The notes under the pieces were generated by a model. The model was not told where the DNA came from. It made no database searches and saw only the letters and a list, made by a program, of their open reading frames with translations. Below, one piece after another: positions 55,719 through 64,000 of a DNA stretch of 64,000 bases. Both the position numbers and the translations under genes were made by a program. This DNA comes from Candidatus Marinacidobacterales bacterium (GTDB lineage Bacteria; Acidobacteriota; Vicinamibacteria; Marinacidobacterales; DATDRI01), in the NCBI GenBank assembly GCA_965219415.1, contig CBDCNP010000002.1, forward strand, positions 4,800,001-4,864,000, in the 5' to 3' direction. The stretch's first letter is position 1. The number at the start of each line of letters is the position of its first letter.

Positions 55719-57561
55719 CGGCGAGATAGAACGGTTTTTTCGTGATACCGATGTTTGCATCTGGCAGAACCCTTCACTGCGCGAACCGCAGATAGACGGC
55801 TACTTCGCGATTCGTGACCACTTCAAGCACAGCGACGAACCGTGCTACGTCCAGCTCCCGGTTGGTTGCGGCAAGACGGGCCTGATGGGACTGACGCCCT
55901 TTAGTGTCGCAAAAGGCCGTATTCTTATCATTGCCCCGAATCTTACAATCCGGGAAAACATACGGCGTGAACTCAATGTCAGCCATCCGAACTGCTTCTA
56001 TAGCAAGAGGGGGGTGTTCGTCCCTAAAGACGGCCCCTACCTGTCCGAACTCAAAACTGGTGCAAATATTCATGATTGCGATGCTGCTCACATCGTTATC
56101 GCCAATATCCAGCAGTTCTCCGGATCACGCAACAAATGGTACGAGGCGCTGCCGGCCGACTACTTTGACATGATCTTGTTTGACGAAGGACACCATAATG
56201 TCGCCGAGACCTGGACGCGACTCTGCGAGTATTTCAGCGACGCCAAGGTTGTCTCGTTTACTGCGACCCCGATGCGCTCGGATGGGAAGGTGGTTTCAGG
56301 CAAGCAGGTCTACAGGTTCGGCTACGGACGCTCAATGATCATGGGCTTCATTTCGCAGATCGACGCGCTCTTCGTCAAACCCACCGAGCTTACGTTCTCT
56401 ATCGAGGGAACGACCAACACGCTCGGCATCTCCGAGATCATGGAGATGCGCGAAAAAGACTGGTTCAGCCGCGGCGTTGCGGTTTCGGAAGAGTGCAACC
56501 GCAGTATTGTGAACGCCTCCGTTCAGCAACTTCACCACATGCGGACTCTGGGGTCGCCCCGGCAGTTGATCGCCGTCGCGTGCTCCATCCGCCACGCGGA
56601 TCAGGTTGCGGCTCTGTACAAAGAACATGGCCTGCGGGTCGAGGTTCTGAACAGCGACCTGAAAGACGACGAGCGCGACCGCATTGAGGCAACCTTGCGC
56701 AGCGGCGTTACCGACGTTGTCGTGCAGGTGAATATTCTTGGAGAGGGCTACGATCTGCCAACACTGTCCGTAGCCGCCGTATTTCGTCCTTACCGAAGTC
56801 TCTCACCGTACGTACAGTTCGTCGGGCGTATCCTGCGTCTTGCACAACCGGATACGCCGTACTCCCACACCAACCGGGTCTGCCTTGTTTCTCATATCGG
56901 TCTCAACGATGACCGATGGTGGAGCGATTTTACGAACTTCGACAATGACGATCAGCAATTCTTCCACGAATACCTGCAAGGAGAACTTGAAATCGAGGGT
57001 GAAGGCGAGGGATCGCCTCGACTCACACTCCGTCCGTTTATGCGTGTCCTGAATGAAGTTGTCGAGAGTTACCAGCGCAAAGGGTACTTGAAGAAAATTG
57101 ATGACGTAATGATCGGAGAGCTGTTCGACACGATCAGGGAGAAGGGATTTGAGCCGGCCGACTTCGGCCTGACGGAAGAGGTTGTGAGGAGACGCTTGGC
57201 CGCGGCTCAGACCGAAGGGCAGGTCTCGGCGTTTAACCCGGTTATCCAACCGCAGGAGCGCCGTGAGGCGCTCAGGGGCAGGCTGCAACAGGAAACGCGA
57301 TCCATTGCCGACACCGTCGTGAACCGCATGGGACTTAAGCACCGGGGACGAGACCTCCTGAAAAGCTTTTCCGGTAACCACAACTCCGAGATTCTCATCA
57401 GGCTCGCGAGTGCGGAACAGAACAACGTGATGGGGCTTCCTTCCGGGCAACGCCAGTTGGCGAATATTGTCCAGCTTGAGAGCGCAATCAATGCGTCCCC
57501 GGACATCGCCGACAAACTATCCACCCTTGTCAGGGAGAAGCTCAAAGATGCCGCGTCCTAA
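55711..57561 (+). CDS. SF2 DExH (ResIII-like) helicase
   Basis: LREPQ, LPVGCGKTG, DEGHH, FTATPMRSD, LGEGYDLP and VQFVGRILR motifs; 8-nt overlap with the upstream gene. Confidence 0.92.
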   Translation: MDNGEIERFFRDTDVCIWQNPSLREPQIDGYFAIRDHFKHSDEPCYVQLPVGCGKTGLMGLTPFSVAKGRILIIAPNLTIRENIRRELNVSHPNCFYSKRGVFVPKDGPYLSELKTGANIHDCDAAHIVIANIQQFSGSRNKWYEALPADYFDMILFDEGHHNVAETWTRLCEYFSDAKVVSFTATPMRSDGKVVSGKQVYRFGYGRSMIMGFISQIDALFVKPTELTFSIEGTTNTLGISEIMEMREKDWFSRGVAVSEECNRSIVNASVQQLHHMRTLGSPRQLIAVACSIRHADQVAALYKEHGLRVEVLNSDLKDDERDRIEATLRSGVTDVVVQVNILGEGYDLPTLSVAAVFRPYRSLSPYVQFVGRILRLAQPDTPYSHTNRVCLVSHIGLNDDRWWSDFTNFDNDDQQFFHEYLQGELEIEGEGEGSPRLTLRPFMRVLNEVVESYQRKGYLKKIDDVMIGELFDTIREKGFEPADFGLTEEVVRRRLAAAQTEGQVSAFNPVIQPQERREALRGRLQQETRSIADTVVNRMGLKHRGRDLLKSFSGNHNSEILIRLASAEQNNVMGLPSGQRQLANIVQLESAINASPDIADKLSTLVREKLKDAAS

Positions 57562-57781
57562 ACAAATGGTTAAACGGTCCGAGGTCGAGGTCGCAAAGGC
57601 TCGGCGGACATGCAAGTTCACGAACGAGCCGATCACCAAGGGCTCGGTCTGCCTTGTTGTTTATGACGGTCCGCAGGACCGATCATGTTACTCGCGCGAC
57701 ATTGCGCTTGAAATGATCAGGCTGGGACGCCAACGACTTGACGACCTGGAGAATGAACTGTCCAAGGAGCAACACTCCTGA
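57548..57781 (+). CDS. Small protein, zf-PARP-like motif
   Basis: 77 aa, overlaps the helicase stop; VEVAKARRTCK...EPITKGSVCL. Confidence 0.7.
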   Translation: MPRPKQMVKRSEVEVAKARRTCKFTNEPITKGSVCLVVYDGPQDRSCYSRDIALEMIRLGRQRLDDLENELSKEQHS

Positions 57782-57951
57782 TGGCAGGCAGGCTGGAGAT
57801 AGGTCAACGAGTGGATAGGCGCTGCGTCGTGCCCGTCGAGCTGAATCCGGTCGTAACAGGCGACGGTCGCGTGTTACGACCCTTAACTGGAGAGTGCCCC
57901 TGTGAGTAGTTCGATTGTAGTTCAGCTGCCCGAACGACCCCGTCCTGTGCC

Positions 57952-58117
57952 GGTGCTTACGCTGTTTGCTGTTGGTGATGTGTACGTATCCCTTTGCAAA
58001 AAAATCGCTTACGCTTCATTTAGCGCGCGGCGAAGGTCGCGAGCGCTATTTTGGCTGTAATTTAATGCAGCGTAAAGTCTTAGCGTCATCTCACCAACAC
58101 TTAATGGCAGAAGCACC
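57952..58117. mobile_element. IS1-related MITE downstream of the four-gene operon
   Basis: Full consensus copy, inserted directly after CCCGTCCTGTGCC. Confidence 0.85.
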
Positions 58118-58268
58118 CCATTACATGCGATGGCGGTCGTCGGCACACGCAGACCAACTGACACTAGCATTCAAACGCGGCGTAGCAACACTTGATGGCG
58201 GAAGCGCCCACGGAACTATTAAGCGTTTCAAGATATTGGTGCATTTATAGACGCATTACAGAATGCAC

Positions 58269-58298
58269 TTGACAATAAAACATTACTGATGTTAAGAT
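58269..58298 (+). promoter_or_regulatory. Sigma70-type promoter
   Basis: TTGACA-18 bp-TAAGAT with TGn extension, in AT-rich context. Confidence 0.7.
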
Positions 58299-58317
58299 TC
58301 TTGTGGAGAAAACATTT

Positions 58318-58692
58318 ATGGCATTTGAGACCTTCAAGCGCAAGTCCAGACCATTCGTCAACGATCCAATTGTAGGCATTCAGACGCGTGGCACCCTATC
58401 TTTAAACGCAGCCGCCTTCAATCTTCTGAAAGGCGGTCGTGATGTCGAGAAATTGTACGCCGAGCTTCTATTCGATCCGGAAAATCATATCGTTGGTATA
58501 CGAGCGGCCGACAAGGGAGCATCAAACAGCTACATCGTCCGCAAGCAAAATTATGCAGAATCTTATCTTATGACAGCAAGGGCATTTGTCGTGTATTACG
58601 GTATTGAACACGGGGAGGCAAGGCACTATTCTCTGAAGGACTTCGGTGACGGTATAGTCGGGTTCTCGTTGAAGAACGATCTGATATGTTGA
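58318..58692 (+). CDS. Hypothetical protein (124 aa, beta-rich)
   Basis: GGAG RBS; MAFETFKRK...VGIQTRGTLSLNAAAF...ELLFDPENHIVGIR. Confidence 0.75.
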   Translation: MAFETFKRKSRPFVNDPIVGIQTRGTLSLNAAAFNLLKGGRDVEKLYAELLFDPENHIVGIRAADKGASNSYIVRKQNYAESYLMTARAFVVYYGIEHGEARHYSLKDFGDGIVGFSLKNDLIC

Positions 58693-58710
58693 CGGAGTTT
58701 TCGACAGGAA

Positions 58711-58744
58711 AGAGGGGCGACGGAACTAGTTCCGCCGCCCCTCT
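58711..58744. other. Strong hairpin / palindrome
   Basis: AGAGGGGCGACGGAAC-TA-GTTCCGCCGCCCCTCT; no U-tract on the + strand. Confidence 0.7.
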
Positions 58745-58751
58745 CGCTAAA

Positions 58752-58858
58752 GGCGGGGTGACTGACCGGTAAGGTCCGGGGTTAGCAACCCTTGGGCGGG
58801 CACGTTGGTTGTGACGCCTGGCGTGCCCGAGCGGGTTCGATTCCCGTCCCCGTCTCCA
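58752..58858 (+). tRNA. Non-canonical tRNA or tRNA-like RNA (anticodon AGC, very long variable arm)
   Basis: Acceptor GGCGGGG/CCCCGTC, T73, CCA; T-arm GCGGG-TTCGATT-CCCGT; D-arm with GG; anticodon loop TTAGCAA; 12-bp variable stem. Confidence 0.7.
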
Positions 58859-58931
58859 GGCCCCATCTAGTACACGGAATACGGTGGCGTTGTCAAACAA
58901 GTTCTTGGCGGCGCGACCAGCTATGACCTCC

Positions 58932-59073
58932 TGTGCCTTCTATTTATTCATCCGCCAGCCCATGGGTCGGAAGTCAGCCCTGCGGCGCGAATTACCCTGG
59001 ATTCTGCGCGGATTCCAAGGGCGTCTAAGCTGCTAATTTGTGGTCTATTTCAAAAGGGCCGAGTTTTGGCACA
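58932..59073. mobile_element. 142-bp MITE copy
   Basis: Matches 46676-46818. Confidence 0.85.
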
Positions 59074-59080
59074 GGACGGG

Positions 59081-60245
59081 AGGCGACGAGCCGGAAGTAC
59101 GCGGTGACGGCGGCGACACTGACGAGTTGGCGCGATGCGTTTCTGCAAGGAGGCGAGGACGGGCTGAAGAGCCGGACGAGGGAGGTAGCGGACGAGGAGA
59201 AGAAGACGCTGAAGTCCGCAGTGACCGGTCTGGTGATGGACAACGAGCTGTTGAAGGAACGCATCCGGCAGCTGGAGGATGAGAAGCCTTTTCTACGGTG
59301 GAGGTCGAACAGATGAGCCGGACCAAGTCGCCCTCCACCGGAACGCCGTATGGTCTGGCCCGAGTCTTGGGGGCCTGGGGCATGCCCCGGTCGACGTACT
59401 ATTGGCAACGGACTCGGCGGCACAATCCGCTCGAGGCACGCAAGCGCGGACCGAAGACCGCGTTCAGCGACAAGGAACTGACCGAACGGCTCCGGCAGGA
59501 GATCGCGGCCTTGCCGTTTACCGGAGAAGGCCATCGTAAATTCTGGGCTCGGCTCCGGTTCGCGGGTGTCCGGATCTCGAAGGCCCGGGTCCTGCGCTTG
59601 ATGCGGGACGCGCAGCTGCTGGCGCCCCAGCGGCAAGCGGCGCCCGTCGCCGAGAAGGTGCATACCGGAACCATCGTGACCGAGCGCCCGAATCAGATGT
59701 GGGGTATTGACGCCACAGCCACCGTGACGATCGAGGAGGGCCAGGTCACCGTGTTCGCCGCAGTCGATCATTGCACTGCGGAGTGTGTCGGCATCCATGC
59801 GGTCAAACGGGCGACTCGTTTTGAGGCCCTGGACCCGATCCGGCAAGGCGTTAACGAGCACTTCGGTGGCTTTCACGCCCATGGCGCGACAGGACTCCAG
59901 CTTCGCCACGATCACGGATCGCAGTTCATGAGCGATGACTTTCAGAACGAAATCCGGTTCCTCGGGATCGAGTCCTCGCCCGCCTTCGTCCGTGAACCCG
60001 AGGGCAACGGCTGCATCGAACGTTTTTTCAGAACGCTCAAGGAACAATTGCTCTGGGTTCGCCACTTCCGTTCCATACCGGAACTGGTTCACGCCCTTCA
60101 GGAGTTCCGCGCTCTCTACAACCGATCCTGGTTGATCGAGCGCCTTGGATTTCAATCTCCGATTCAGGCGCGAAAACGTCTTGCGCTCGAACCGGCTGCT
60201 TGATTATGGTGGGCTCGTTCTGTCCAAGAAATCAGGGGCGCAACA
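59081..60245 (+). mobile_element. IS3-family element lacking its left end (3' orfA, intact orfB 59313-60203, right end)
   Basis: orfB PNQMWGID, LRHDHGSQF, PEGNGCIERFFRTLKE; ends ...GGGGCGCAACA. Confidence 0.87.
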
Positions 60246-60610
60246 TGAGGCCCAATTCGAGACAAGATAAGGGCATCAAGGAGGCCTAGGCGCACCTGGA
60301 CCAGAACGTGCTAGTCGGCTACGCCAAGGTAGCCCTGGCCTCGATTCTGGACCCTTCGGGCGGCCTCTTTTCCGACGCTGCACGGCCCTGTCAGCGGCCC
60401 GCTCCCCCCTTTGGCGCGAACGTGGCACTCGAAAATCGAGATTAGAGACGAAAACCGAAAATGAGGCCAGTTCAGCCCTTCTAGCGCGTCTCTGGTGACA
60501 CCTGATCCTGCAAAACCGCGCCAACGGCGCGGAAAATCTCACCCGTCTCTGCAGTGCCACAATTGGCCAGACTGGGTGGCGGATGGTGCAGTTCGGAGCT
60601 ATCCGGTCTC
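60246..60610. repeat. About 365-bp dispersed repeat, copy 2
   Basis: Direct copy of 21962-22325. Confidence 0.85.
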
Positions 60611-61051
60611 GGTAAAAGGTGTATTGCGAGTTTTGCAAGTCTAATGTGGCCCTTTCGCCGCGCGTGTGGTGGGGCAATGTAGCGAAAACTCAGATTTCTA
60701 GACGGCAATCTCAACCTCCTTGACGCCTGTAAGAGGGCCGTGTTGTAAACCCTCCGACGGAGGCTCTACTCGTAAATCATTGTAGTGAAAAGCTATTACG
60801 CCTCATCGATGGACGCGTCGTCGACGGGAACACCTTTCCGACTATCGCAGTCGTAAGGCTTAAGTGGGGGCAAGTGGAGCTATTCGGGTCTTGGCAGCAA
60901 ACAAGCAGTAACGGTGCAAAACAGGTCATAAAAATGCAATTGGAGGGCATTTCGGGGCCGAATCGAGCGCTAATCTCTCAGCTAGTGGGAAAACGCCGTC
61001 GTGTCCAAAAACACAAACGAACTCAAGACCCGCACGCCGCCGATGTCATCA

Positions 61052-61718
61052 TTAGTAAGGGGCGATGCCGTTCGCCGACTGATGGAGACCAAGAGCGAGC
61101 GTGGCCGCCGCCGCGGGTTCGCTTACAGCGTGGTCTACTGCGATGAGGGCGCGCTGTTTCTCCCAATCGTCGGGGAGTGGATGATGCAAGAGGTAGCTCG
61201 AGGTCAGCCCAACGGGCTGACGGCCTTCGACAATGGCACGGACGATGTCGGGAGCCAGGAATGCATAACGGATTGCCTTGCGCACGCGGTCCGTTGGGAT
61301 GGCGTCTTCGGTGGCAATCTGCTCATAGGTTTTGCCTGCTTTGATTCGGTCGAGCCAGGAGAGGGCGTTGGCGATATTGCGCAGGAGTGTGCGGTCGACG
61401 GATTTCGTGGGGTTGCCCAGAACGAGCTTGGTCTCGACGCCGCGTCGACGCAAGCGGAACGGTGCGTGGATGCGGAGTGCATCCTCGCGAATGCGGTCGG
61501 GTCCCATAGACAGGCAATCAGCGAACGAATTGCGGTCGAGCAGGATGGACACAGAGCCTGGGCTGATATCGACCCGCCGGATGAAACGGAGCAGGCTGGC
61601 TGCCGAGGCACTATCATCATTACTACCGGAACACAGCCCGTCTAAAAAGCGACGCACCGAGGCGAGCTCTTGCATCGTCGGAGTGTGGATCAACGAGGCC
61701 GAGAAGGTCGTGGCATCC
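61052..61718 (-). pseudogene. C-terminal fragment of a large serine recombinase
   Basis: LRRRGVETKLV...AFLAPDIVRAIVEGRQP...LPDDWEKQR tail; 5' part removed at the element end. Confidence 0.75.
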
Positions 61719-63003
61719 TGTCCATCATCATTATTTGTCCGGGACTGGACTCTAGGCCCGGACTGCCCTCGAGCACATGCTGGAGCGCGTGGTCAGCGCG
61801 CGAGGGAAGGTGCTGAGGACGAACTTCTCGGCGACCAGCCGAGTAACGCGAGCGACCAAGCTGACTCAGGCTGCCTCTCGCCACTCGTATCGATGGTGCA
61901 ATCCACCGACTCGAGGCAGTGCGACGACTTTCGCCGTAGGAGACGGTCGGTGCGTGACCGCTCTCAAGCTCGGTGTGTCCTTGTTCAGCCCCAAGTGGCA
62001 ACGGTCCTCATGATAGTAGCTGATGTAAGCTCGCACGAGCCGGATGAGATGACATGCGCCGAGAACCACGACGTGCTCAAGGAGCTCGCGACGGCAGCTT
62101 CCGACCCACCGCTCCGCAGTTCCGTTTTGCCATGGGCTGCGAAACGAAGTGCGAACGGGTTTTGTGCCCGTTGCCTTGATGAACTCGATGACCGCAGCGC
62201 TAAAGATGAAGTCGCGATCGAAGATGAGATATTTCGGAGCGGTGTCGTAGGGAAACGCCTCACGCAGTTGCTGAATAACCCAAGCAGACGTCGGGTGGAA
62301 CGTGGCGTTGAAGTGAACGATGTGCCGACGGCCGTGCTCGATGACGAAGAAGCCGTACAGCAGCCGGAGCGAAGCGGTGGGCACGGTGAACAGATCCATG
62401 GCGGCGATATCGTCTTTATGGTTGCGCAAGAAAGCCATCCATCGTTTCAGCTGGTCGGGCTCCGCGGGACGCCGCGGCAGGTATCGCGATAACGTAATCT
62501 CGGAGATGATGCAACCGAGCTTGGTGAGCTCAGCATGGATGCGTGGCGCCCCCCAGCCGTCTTGCGCCATCGTGCGGACGAGGCGGCGAATCTCGGCATC
62601 AATCCGAGGCCGACCGGGATGGCGGCGCTGCGACATCTTTGCCCAGTACCGTCGGAATCGGTCGCGATGCCAACGGGCCACGGTGTCCGCGTGGACGATG
62701 AGCAGGCGGCTCGCCCACACGGGCCACGAACCCCGAAGAGCAACCCAGAAAGCCCGTTCCGTGTCTTCGAGCGGTGGGCGTGGGCGCTCTTTCTTCAGCG
62801 CCGTCACTTGCTGCCGCAAAGCGACGTTCTCCAACACCAGGTCGGCACGGCGCCGACACATCGCCCGAATGACACGGACGCCAAGTGAGACGAGGAAGAC
62901 AACAACGTCGAGCATAGCGGCGGAGTTTCGCCGTCTTCGGCCCGGAATTCAAGCGGAGCGTAAGTCTTTGATTTCGTGGGCGGAGCAGTTATGACGATGC
63001 ACA
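61719..63003 (-). mobile_element. Complete rve/DDE element, copy 2 (transposase 61866-62915)
   Basis: Near-identical to 27030-28315; ends TGTCCATCATCATTATT / TGTGCATCGTCATAACT. Confidence 0.87.
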
Positions 63004-63485
63004 GCACCAACTTGCTCCAACATTGCCCGGCGCACGCACGCCGTGAGCTCCGGCGTAACTACAACCGGATCGTCTACGCCAAGAACGGGATCGATGCTCG
63101 CAAAGCCTATGACGAGCTCGTCGCCATGTGGACGCCTCTCGTGCCGGCCGTCGTCCGAAGCCTAGAGGAAGCCGGTAATCAGCTGCTGACCTTCTACGAA
63201 TTCCCTCGTGCCATGTGGAAATCGATTCGAACGACCAATGCTCTGGAGAATCTCAACCGCGAGTTTCGACGCCGGACGAAAACCCAAGCGTCGTTCTCCA
63301 GCGAGGAGTCTGCGGTCGCTTTGCTGTTTGGGCTTATCGCCTCTGGCCAGATTCAACTACGACGCATCGACGGCTACCAACGTCTGAGCGAGGTTCTCGA
63401 ACACGCGGAGGCTGCCGCCTGATATGATACTCTGATGACGGAGTGGAGGGCGCCGTTCTTTTTCCACGGACCTCGGGACACATCC
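63004..63485 (+). pseudogene. IS256-family transposase 3' fragment and right end
   Basis: LLTFYEFP...SIRTTNALENLNREFRRRTK; end TTCCACGGACCTCGGGACACATCC. Confidence 0.85.
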
Positions 63486-63510
63486 AAGACGGCCGCTTGA
63501 TTATGGAATT

Positions 63511-64000
63511 ATGGTGTTGAAGTACACGAAACACGAAAAGATTTCCCTCAAATCCTCTCCCGAGTTCGGCGAGGCGTGGCTCCAAGAGCGAATATCAGAC
63601 GACCCTAAAATTCTACGCCTTGGAGATGTTGACCTACTTGACCGGGAGCGTAACCAGGGACCGGGGCGGCTAGACCTGCTACTCCAAGATTCGGAGTTGA
63701 ATAAGCGCTACGAAGTCGAGTTGATGTTGGGCGCGACCGACGCTAGTCACGTAATCAGAACCATCGAGTATTGGGACATCGAGAGACGGCGGTATCCGGC
63801 CTATGAGCACGTCGCGGTTTTGGTGGCAGAGGATGTAACCTCGCGCTACCTCAACGTGCTGTCTCTGTTTTCTGGCTCCATCCCTCTTGTTTGCCTTCAG
63901 ATCGTTGCGCTGAAAGTGGGCGATCAAGTTCTTTTAGAGTTCTTCAAGGTGCTGGATCAAGTTGGACTGAGAACCGATGATGAGACGGTAGAGCCACCGA
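63511..64000 (+). CDS. NucS/EndoMS-like PD-(D/E)xK nuclease, runs off the window
   Basis: Translated by hand: EAWLQERISDDPKIL...GRLDLLL...RYEVELMLGATDASHVIRTIEYW...VLVAEDVTSRYLNV; open to the window end. Confidence 0.72.
   Translation, partial: MVLKYTKHEKISLKSSPEFGEAWLQERISDDPKILRLGDVDLLDRERNQGPGRLDLLLQDSELNKRYEVELMLGATDASHVIRTIEYWDIERRRYPAYEHVAVLVAEDVTSRYLNVLSLFSGSIPLVCLQIVALKVGDQVLLEFFKVLDQVGLRTDDETVEPP

Noticed and set aside
52458-58117. Proven composite transposon
   Set aside because: No 8-9 bp target duplication outside the two MITEs; kept only as a hypothesis
58752-58858. tRNA-Sec (selC) or standard tRNA-Cys
   Set aside because: No TCA anticodon and a 7/5 rather than 8/5 fold; GCA is off-centre in the loop and centring it breaks the stem

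Overview
GC-rich bacterial defence island that has been heavily rearranged by insertion sequences. Left to right: (1) a complete type I-G (I-U) CRISPR-Cas locus on the minus strand (WYL regulator, cas3, csx17/cas8u, csb1/cas7, csb2/cas5-6, cas4-cas1, cas2, leader, and 14 visible 36-bp repeats running off the window start). (2) A type I restriction-modification operon with an embedded HEPN gene, an MNT domain fused to HsdS and a broken Abi_C gene. (3) About 30 kb of nested IS elements, MITEs and gene fragments (IS30, IS1, IS3, IS21, IS256 and several related rve/DDE element families). Scattered among them are an amidohydrolase, a lipoprotein, a His-rich TonB-dependent receptor with a CxxC/RAPP leader ORF, dinJ-yafQ, mrr and several orphan nuclease-like genes. 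(4) An intact four-gene operon (dynamin-like GTPase, short Shedu/DUF4263-like nuclease, SF2 helicase, small zf-PARP-like protein), which is the best candidate for an undescribed anti-phage system. (5) A promoter-ORF-hairpin unit ending in a non-canonical 107-nt tRNA-like gene (AGC anticodon, 12-bp variable arm, U73-CCA). All family assignments are by motif recognition only; no database searches were run.
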